Positions 54,601-64,000 of a stretch of DNA of 64,000 nucleotides are shown one piece after another. The notes beneath the pieces were generated by a model, which was not told where the DNA came from, searched no databases, and worked only from the letters and a program-made list of their open reading frames with translations. This DNA is from Chlorokybus atmophyticus (Eukaryota; Plantae; Mesostigma and Chlorokybus algae), in assembly GCA_009103225.1 (NCBI GenBank), contig RHPI01003369.1:1516017-1580016 (forward strand). The letters are read 5' to 3'. A program made the position numbers and the translations under genes. The first letter of the stretch is position 1. Each line of letters starts with the position of its first letter.

Positions 54601-56212
54601 ATTCGATGGTGAGCACGCGCTTCCTCCAATTAATGGATGGATTATGCTGCCATAGCCACGGTAGTCCCAAAATCCCGTCAAACCCGTTTCGTAGGGTGAT
54701 GCAGCAAAATCGCATGTTCTCCTTCATCTTCCCAATGCGAACGCACAACTCTTTGGTCATCAACGCAGCGCCATCACCTGCAGAGGGTGGCTCTCCATCA
54801 GCGAGCTTCACTTCACCTCCTCGTAATGACGAAAGCCAACCGTAACGCCGCGCAATATCAATACTCATAAAGTTGATGTTGGCACCACTATCAATCATGA
54901 GCTTACACTCTCTCCATCGTCCTTGGTCATCGCAAATGTGTGCTCAAAGCCCGAAGTACTTTGTTGTCTCCTCTTTTGCATAACTCACCACCATTGGCGC
55001 GTTCATAGCCAACTCCTCTAACTTCCTTGATGGAAATGTCATAGCCTCCGTCCGTGTATGAGGCTCCTTCCTATCCCCAGCAGTAGCCTCCTCACCTACT
55101 GAGGGAAGTCGTTTTCCTGCTCCACGCAATTTTGCTCCATGGTGACGCGACGATCACGGCGAGGGTTGCCATCAGGTGTTTGCCTTTGCGTACTTCGTTT
55201 GAGACATCCGTACGCCAAATGCTCAGTCGACCCACACGCATAACACTTGCGCACACCTTTACCTCTTTCACCACGTCCGCCGTGCTTCGCCTCACTTCCA
55301 CGCGTGTGTGTATGGCACCCATTTCCATTGGTGCAAGCCCAGAGTCAGCTCCACCTCCATTAGCAAGCGCTAAACTTGGTTCTCCTCGTCTCCATGCATG
55401 TTGAAAGCCTCCCCGGGCTGATGACCATGCCTTTGCCTCCAGTCAGTGTTTCTTGTAGTGGACTGGAAGTACAACGCGTCGAGACGCTCCGCGATGCGTA
55501 TAGCCTCCGCGAGTGTCTTGGGGTCCCGTAGCTCCACTTCTTTACGCCCCAAAGGTTTTAAACCACGTGTATACCTGTCCAGCTGCTCCTCTTCGGTCAT
55601 ATTGGGTATAGACATCACTAATCGCTGAAACACAGCCGTGTACGCCATCACTGACCCCATTTGCACAAGTGCTGCAAGTTTGTCACGTGCGGCCTTCACG
55701 CTCTCAACGGGAACAAATTGAAGCCTGACCTCCATTGCAAACTCCTCCATGGTGGTCAATGGAAACGCCAACCCATTTGCGACACGCGTACATTGATGCC
55801 TCCACCACACAAGTGCTGCACCTTCAAGCAATGTCGCTGCAACCTCCACATGCAGATGCGTGGGCACCTCCGTGAGCTTCAACCAAGATGACACTTGAAG
55901 AATTCATTCGTCTACTGCATCTCCATCACGTGACCCTTGAATGGCTTGGGCTTTAGCACCTTCACATGCACGCACGAGCTTGATGCCATGGGATCTTGTA
56001 CACGCGCCATCGCATGCTCATACGCCTCGCGTTGTGCTTGTGCCGCCGCTTGAGTGTGATGAAGCTCTTCCCTCAATGCTGAGATGGCAGCTTGAAGCTC
56101 TTCCATGCGAGCATCCTCCATCTCCACTAACACACTACACTGCTTCCAAATGAAAAGTGTAAACGCCCACACACTTTCGCTCTCCCTTCGTAAACCGTGC
56201 TCCGAAACCAGT

Positions 56213-56879
56213 TGTGACGGTGCTCGTGCCTTGCCACCTGTGAGTTGGTCCAATCAACAACCCTCTCACCAAGACACGGTATTCACACCGGAACCTTGCC
56301 CCCTCTGCCAAGCACACACGCGCGCCCCGCCACTCGCGTACGCACGCGCATGCGCTCAAAGCTACACACCGACTTGTGTAGCGCCTTGGATCGTCACACA
56401 AGCAAGCACACACTAGTGGACATACGCTAGCAACCCCTGCTAGCCACCACCAAGCTTGCACACAAGAAACTAGGGAGCTAAAGGTTGTATTGCAAATTGT
56501 AGAATGTCACTTTTATACCTACCAGTCTGCACATGCTACTGCCTAGACGATTTTAGCGCTAGACGGAACTACAAGCTAAGATATTCTTGCATCTTGTAGT
56601 ACACTTCTAGACCTTTCCGACGCACAAAAGATCTCCTCATTTGCTGCTCATATGGTCAAGTTATACTACTTGGCGCCAGGCCCTTCCAGAAATCTGGTCG
56701 AGCCCTTCTCGACTGGCCCTCCGTTTTCTGGCGTCTTCCACACTGGCCCTGGGCCGGTCGATATCTGCGGCAGACTCGCAACTCGCCGATATCCGCCACA
56801 AGTCATGAAAAACATGATATCTCACAAATAAGGCCTAAAGTGGCCATGAAAATCACGAAATTTAGCCTTGACTGTTACA
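56213..56879 (-). repeat. 5' LTR (667 bp)
   Basis: TG...CA ends. Manual alignment to the 3' LTR gives 12 substitutions and one 3-bp indel. Confidence 0.95.
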
Positions 56880-57827
56880 GCGCCAAATGCACTCATGCCG
56901 ACGGCATTCGAATTTTATGGTTTGATGAGTATGCGTGTGTGATCCCACACGCATACGCTTTTTGCAATATATACAGCATTGTATACACTGTTGTTAACAC
57001 ATGGCGTCTCAGCCAGTAAGCTAGCTAGCAAAAGTCCCCATTATGTGTTAAAACACACATATTATACATGTCCCTTTATTACACATCGTGATACCCTTTC
57101 AAGCAATATGTCATTGATACTTGCACCATTATACTGTTTATAAATGCGTGACATTTAATGCAACTTTACAGCAGCATTGTCCCATAATAATAATTGCACT
57201 TTTTTTTTAATGACGGTGTTGAATGCAAGGCGCAACATGCTTGAATCCTCAAATGCCAATTTTCGTACACAATATGCTCATTGTATGCATATGAATACTG
57301 TTAAGATTTTTTTTAAATAATACCACTCCTTATGTGTGACATGAATCAACATTTAAATACATTATGTTGAGGGAATGCGCAAATGTGCATCCCCTTAACG
57401 TAATGAACATACGCAATGCGAGCCTTAATTTAAATAAGCACTTCAAAACCTCTCAATTGTCTGTTTTGAAGCTAAATACGCACGTATACATGTGCACGCA
57501 TAGACACTATTAATGTATTTGAATCAATTACTACGTTAGTTGTATATAATACAAATGCTACAGGTTACATGTTAAATGAATATACCATACCAAATTTTCG
57601 CTACACCTATGACAGTTACAATGTCACGACATTGATGCATGCGGTTTATGAACACTTTCAACAGTGCGAAAGGCTCATATGCACTTTCAGGCATGTCTCA
57701 GCATCTACAACTTTTTGACAAACCATTTGCTACATTGTGCTTTTGCATCAATGCAAAGACACGCTTTAATACGTCCTTGTAACCATTGTGATTATAATGC
57801 AATAATTTTGTGTACAACTAATATTGT

Positions 57828-58172
57828 AACAGCATCACATAATGTTATCATATTATTGCAAACATGTCGCATACTTTTATGATATTTGCGATGATCATCA
57901 ATAAGCTTATCGCTTAAGTGCAGCTTAATATATATGGCTCACCTTGCATATTATTACATGCGCATACGTATGATTGCCTCCTGCCCCTGCTTACACTAAT
58001 GAACAGCATCACATAATGTTATCATACTATTGCAAACATGTCGCATACCCTTATGATACTTCAGATGATAATTAATAAGCTTATTGCTTAAGTGCAGCTT
58101 ATTGTATGGCACACCTTGCATATTATTACATGCGCATACGTATGATAGCCTCCTGCCCCTGCTTACATTAAT
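57828..58172. repeat. Tandem duplication, unit ~174 bp, AT-rich
   Basis: aacagcatcacataatgttatcat...gcctcctgcccctgcttaca occurs at 57828 and again at 58002. Confidence 0.9.
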
Positions 58173-59087
58173 TGATTTTGAATGTGCTCTTTGCTGCGTT
58201 TGGATGTGTAGAACACATTAAAATGTCACATTGGCATGCGTAATAGCAATCTGCATATAAGTTGTGCACCGTTTATGCGAGAATGGACATTGATGCTGAC
58301 CATTTACTATGAGTACAACGTCGACTCAAAACAAGATGGCGTTGTAACTCGCCGTCCGCAATAGCCATCGGAGCCATACATGACCGGTAGGGCGTTCAAT
58401 GCCTTGCGTTCAACCGTTGAACTGGCAGTGCAACGCATGCGTTGCGGTGTGAGTCCAGCTCTACTAGGGTTTCTTTCCATAAATGTCGCTTCATGGCGCA
58501 CATGGTACGGGGCACCAGCCAGGTCACATCACATCAAAGAAGCACGAGAGCGAGACACCCACACGCAAACGCATCACATGACACCTCGCGTGAGGGGCGC
58601 TGCGTGTGCGCGAGCATGTGATACCTACCTTACCTGGCCCCAAAAAGCAGTTACATAACAGCGTATTAGCAGTCATGTCTACCATATTAGTAATGTTATC
58701 ACTCGACTTAACGAGGTCTGCTGGTGGAGACTCAAGTGCTTGGGCTTGACCGCGGTCAGAAAGATTCAACCGTGTGTTGCGCTAAAACCCTGGCTCGGTT
58801 AGGGGTTTTCACGCCCATTTGAGCACTGAACAGTTCAGGCAAGGGCATTTTGTTATTAGGCGTGGAGCAGTGCAGCAGTGCAATCGACAGCTGGGCAAGC
58901 CTTTTCTACTCGACGTCCGCGGGTGGAAGGTAGTTCAAGCTTGAGGCTTATTTGCGGCGGTTGGTTGTAAGCGCAGACCAGCAGAGGAGCGTGCGGCATT
59001 TGCTTCGTGGGGGCTGCATTGCCTCGCTTCTGCTTGGTGTGAACTCCTGCACACAAACCCTTTACTGCTAGCAACTAGCACAGCACA

Positions 59088-61219
59088 ATGGCGGTTCCGC
59101 TGAAGGATGAGCTGGACATCGTCATCCCCACCATCCGCAACCTGGACTTCCTGGAGATGTGGAGGCCGTTTTTCCAGCCCTACCACTTGATCATCGTCCA
59201 GGACGGCGACCCGACCAAGACCATCAAGGTGCCGGAGGGCTTCGACTACGAGCTGCACAACCGCAATGACATCAACAAGCTCCTCGGCGACAAGGCCAAC
59301 TGCATTTCCTTCAAGGACTCTGCCTGCCGCTGCTTCGGCTACATGGTCTCCAAGAAGAAGTACATTTTCACCATTGACGACGACTGCTTTGTCGCTAAGA
59401 AGCCCACGGTAAGCTTCTCTGCATGCTCTTGAGCTGTCTACTCATTGCATGTGGCGCATGGTGTTTGACACGACTGTGCCAAGTCGCTCTTGCCTCCGCC
59501 TGCATGGCCACTGGATGCAACGCTGGGCAGCAATGTGTGTGCAATGCAGCGCATTGTCATGCATGGCTTCTGACAATTCTGCAGGCACCATGCTGTTACT
59601 TGCACTGTTCTTACAAGGCAACCTTTGTCTGTTGCCAGACTTGGCTTTGCAAAGGTGTCTGTATGCTGTGCCATGTTGATCATGCCGACTGTGCTTCTCC
59701 CGGGTTGCATGCATATGCATTCGTACAGTGGTCCGCTTGTAATGCACTGCAGTACCGGTGTGCCCAGGTTGAACGAACGCTCCTAGCATCGCGCAATGTG
59801 GATGCCACTTATTCAGCACGCGGCTCTAACAAGCCCCCTGCCAAGAATACCCACTGAACAATTGTGACGTGACAGGGTGAGGACATCAATGCGCTAGAGC
59901 AGCACATCAAGAACATCCTGACCCCCTCCACCCCATTCTTCTTCAACACCCTGTATGACCCCTATGTTGAGGGCACTGACTTCGTGCGTGGGTATCCCTT
60001 CTCAATGCGCGAGGGCGTGTCAACCGCCATTTCCCACGGTCTGTGGCTGAACATTCCGGACTACGACGCCCCCACCCAGGTCAGTTTCAACGAAACGCAG
60101 GCAGCACTGTGGTCAAAGCCACTGTCCTTTTGTGCCCGCAATAGGGGCATTAGCACTGTATACCATCAGTGGTGCTCCAGTTCTGGTCGTCCATTGTACT
60201 GCTATTTGTTCTTGTTGTCATGTCTGTCATTCACCACCAGTAATGCAGGGTTTGCCCAGCGTTGACACATGGTTGTTGTATGTTGCACGGTGCATGTTCT
60301 CCTTGCTTCAGTTGTCAATTGTGATTGTCATGCATCGTATGCACATGTAAGGCTCATGAAATTTGTTGTTGTGACCAGCTGGTGAAGCCAAAGGAGCGCA
60401 ACACCAGGTATGTCGACGCCGTTATGACCATCCCTAAGGGCACGCTTTTCCCCATGTGCGGCATGAACCTGTGCTTCGACCGCGACCTCATCGGCCCTGC
60501 CATGTACTTCGGACTCATGGGCGACGGCCAGCCAATCGGCCGCTACGATGACATGTGGGCAGGCTGGTGCTGCAAGGTACAGATGATCACACACCGCATT
60601 TCGCTGCAGCTACGACACGCACTGCACTGCAATTATGTGACTTCAGGCATAATTGCCCCCCCCCCCCCCCCCCCCCCCCNNNNNNNNNNNNNNNNNNNNN
60701 NNNNNNNNNNNNNNNNNNNNNNNNNNNNNNNNNNNNNNNNNNNNNNNNNNNNNNNNNNNNNNNNNNNNNNNNNNNNNNNNNNNNNNNNNNNNNNNNNNNN
60801 NNNNNNNNNNNNNNNNNNNNNNNNNNNNNNNNNNNNNNNNNNNNNNNNCCCCCCCCCCCCCCCCCCCCCCCGAGTGTGAGACGTAGTGGCGTTAAACATG
60901 TTATTTGTTGCAGGTTATCTGTGATCACCTCAATCTGGGTGTCAAGACTGGTCTGCCGTACATCTGGCACAGCAAGGCCAGCAACCCATTCGTGAATCTG
61001 AAGAAGGAGTATAAGGGCATCTTCTGGCAAGAAGACATCATCCCCTTCTTCCAGGCTGTGCAGATCCCCAAGGAGACCACAAGTGTGGAGGACTGCTACC
61101 TGTACCTCGCCAAGGAGGTCAAGGCCAAGCTCGGCCACATCGACCCATACTTCGAGAAGCTGGCTGATGCCATGGTCACATGGATTGATGCCTGGAAGAT
61201 GTTGAACCCCAAGAAGTAA
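59088..61219 (+). CDS. RGP: UDP-arabinopyranose mutase / reversibly glycosylated polypeptide (GT75); 4 exons
   Basis: [96 protein letters not shown] and [16 protein letters not shown]. Confidence 0.97.
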
Positions 61220-62013
61220 GTGAAGCGCTCTTTCACGGCGAAGCGTCTGACCACTGCTGCTAGTGCAGTGGCGATCGCATGTGTTTCTTAGGGCAGGTAG
61301 CCAGGGGTTGATCGCACTTGCATTACATTTTGATCTCTGCTATTCTTCTCAATTGTAGTCTCAGCTAGCATGCTCGGGCTGTGGATGGGCAGCACAGCCT
61401 ATGCAGATAGAATTGTTATATTCGGACTAACTCTGTGGAGTAATCAGTAAATGTGGTTTGTTAATTTGTGCAATTGGCTGTGGATGGTGGTGCATGTCAC
61501 CTGCATGCGCAATTTGCCTTCGCGGTTCGCGTGCACACATAGTTGTACACGTTGATATGGACATGACATATATCTATATTGCGGGATTGTGCATAGACTG
61601 CAGTAGCTTTAAACTTCATTGCCGGACGTTGTGCTGTGACTGTGTCTCAATTGCTCCAGTATTGCTAGCATCCATATGCCTTGTTGCAACTCGGAGGTTG
61701 AGTGACAAGATAGTGTTTATATGTTCAACATGTACCATGGACATAACACCTGCGCTCGACAGCAACCCTTGACCAACGGCTTACAGTGTGCACATAGTGA
61801 ACGATTATGCTGCTATGCTACAACAATGTGTGTTTGAGGTGAACATCAGTCCAGCAATCAAGTGGTAATCAGGCACACTATTTAGGTTCTCCCAGCAATG
61901 CACCTGCAAGCTGCAAGCTTTGCACATTGGCAGAAATAGCAACCGTGGGGAATCTGCCTATGGCAGCACAGATTGTTAACTTGACTGTTGCATAATGACA
62001 ATCCATTGTGTAT

Positions 62014-64000
62014 CTATTCCATAACAACATCTGTGCCTGTGTCCTCCGCAACGGACGGTAACTTTTTGTCACCAGCTGCAGCAGCTTCCACGTGCATCTT
62101 CAATTCTAGAAACAGCGTCTGGGTTTCGCTGTTTGATGCAGCACCAGCCTTAAGTAGCAACTGCACAGATTGTGTCACTCAACTGTGGCGGTGACGACTC
62201 AGACGAATGGAGCATTGCACCCGCCCATGCAATACTACCTCACCTGCTGCCCTGTCTCAATACACTCGAAGGCCTGCTCCCATTGCGAAAGTGCAGAATG
62301 CGCAAGCGCCAGGAGATACCAAACTGATGAGCAAAAACCAAGTCAGAAAGAGAAGGCAACTGAGATCCATCCCGCGTGTAGCAATCTCATCAAGTAGATG
62401 GGGTGAAGACTATTAGCTCACGGATACCATCAGAGGCGTTGTCGAATTCCTCCAACAAACGCTCGAGTACTTCAACAGCTTTTTCGAACTCCTGAAAATC
62501 AACCAGAAGTTTCGCAGCCTCATACCGAAACTCGTATGATGGGGGCTCTCTTGATGGGTCTGGGTCTGTCAAACCATAATGCATGCTCAGCGACAGAAAC
62601 AACCTATACGCAAAGCAATGTTTCTATACGCTGTCGCATACCATCCAGCCTCCATAGATGCATGGACTGCATCAGCAGCGCATGAGCCTCGTCAGCGCGG
62701 TCTTGCTCGATGCGCACACATACAAGTGCCTGCAACGGTTCAGGGCTTTCCGCATCAACAACCCTTGCGCGTTGTAGAAGCGCCTCACACTCGGAGAAAC
62801 AAGAGTCTAGCTCGGCCTGTTCTGCACTTTCGTCGCTGCTGCAAGGGCCACGAACGGTGTCATGACCTCGATTCATGGCGAAGGCATCAACAACAGCGAC
62901 GAACAACGAACAGCATGTTGCACAACTGCTGTTCATGCTTGCCCACAGTGACATGGACCCAACCTTACGCGCGAAAGGTGAAGCTCTGCAAGGGAACACA
63001 AGCCACCTGCCAGTTGCTGGCTCAATATGGGAAATGCTTCATCGTTTGCCTGTGCAGTGGTGAGGCCAGCAATCAAAGCCAGAAAGGTAATCCAGTGAGC
63101 ACGCATGCACAAACGCGCGCGCCCATACACACGCCCTCCCCACCCACCCCAAAACACACCACCACCAACACCACCCACACATAACGCGGCAACATGCATA
63201 CGTGGCTTGCCAGTGAATGTCTGCCTGTACTATAAACGCCCACTTTCATGCTTTGCAACGATACACGCTTACCAGCTCAGCAGCTGTCCTCTCTCGATGC
63301 ACAATGTCAATGCCTTTACGCACGCACTCCTCCGCTCCTTGCCCATTCAGCAACTGTCCCAAGTACCTGTGCAACGCAGCAATGAATCTGCATACTCAGC
63401 ATAGCAATTGATAAGGTGTGCGCACAATCGTATAACAAGGCTGCAACTCACATGTACTTCTCGAACCCTTCGTCAGGTTGCAGTGACACTGCAACCTGCA
63501 AGACCTGCAATTGCCAACTGTCAGCGGCAGACATTGCAGATTTCTGAACTAGCAACCAGGCTGCACAGGCAATGGATGCAGTGACTGTGGTTGGTTGATG
63601 GCTTCAACAACTATTTGAGCGCTGCAAGAAAAACTATGTCGGTCACAAACTGGTGCAGCACATCACTGAACTTCGCTTACATGCACCGTTTGATACTACT
63701 CACAGAACAGTACGAGGTCGAGCTGCATGTGTTACATAAGTCATCGCAGGTGCACATTATTGTTACGTGTGTTGTACATTATCACCAGTGACTGTTGAAA
63801 AAGCTAGGTTTGTGCAGGACTGTCTGTAAGTGTCTCTCTGTCAGTGTGCCTGCATGCTGCCATGCAAGGTGGTTCACAAAAGGTGCTGTGACGCCAGAAT
63901 AGACCGAATTGCCTTCAACGTGTTCAATGTACTGCATACCTCCGCAGGCATGCCAAAGTAATAAGCTAACATACGTGTGTGCGAATGCAAGTCGACTTGG
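62014..64000 (-). CDS. ACL4: TPR protein resembling ACL4 (assembly chaperone of RPL4); 5' end uncertain, probably outside the window
   Basis: LQPDEGFEKYMYLGQLLNG..A..CVRKGI, SPEPLQALVCVRIEQ.R.DEA..LL..S..LW, PPSYEFRYEAAKLL and VWYLLA; stop at 62014. Confidence 0.75.

Larger units (their letters stand above)
50993..56879 (-). mobile_element. Full-length Ty3/gypsy chromovirus LTR retrotransposon with disrupted gag-pol
   Basis: TSD GCGCC at 50988-50992 and 56880-56884. PBS 56193-56210; PPT GGGGGGAGGAG 51663-51673. Order is gag (ATLLEGAALVWW), protease (IDSGAN, DGILGLPWL), RT (RMCVDYRALN, YLDD), RNase H (CDAS, NYPVHEKE, TDH), integrase (SDRD, HPQTDGQTERAN) and chromodomain (FLVKWKGY...SWEP). Confidence 0.97.

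Overview
Eukaryotic, intron-rich nuclear DNA from a green-lineage alga. The plant-like RGP, HPAT, PDI-C and PBCP genes suggest an early-diverging streptophyte alga, but this is an inference. I can assemble 14 spliced protein-coding genes from the six-frame track plus GT/GC-AG splice sites: PBCP-like PP2C (3' end outside the window), RbgA/DGP3 GTPase, HPAT with a PAN/apple domain, CURT1, CSN1, B12-dependent methylmalonyl-CoA mutase, an atypical intron-free SDR, methionyl-tRNA formyltransferase, kanadaptin, a bacterial-type trans-aconitate methyltransferase, PDI-C, RH39, RGP/UAM and ACL4 (5' end uncertain, probably outside). Between RH39 and RGP lies an ~10 kb AT-richer TE island. It holds a decayed Naiad/Chlamys-type Penelope-like RT, a full-length chromovirus (TSD GCGCC, LTRs ~98% identical, pol broken) inserted into a hairpin cluster, and a tandem duplication. 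Other oddities are a 161-bp MITE, an ENGase-like fragment inside a PBCP intron, three GC-AG introns and a G-box cluster upstream of the SDR. No rRNA, tRNA or CRISPR array was seen. Gene models are manual. Homology calls come from recalled family motifs, not database searches.
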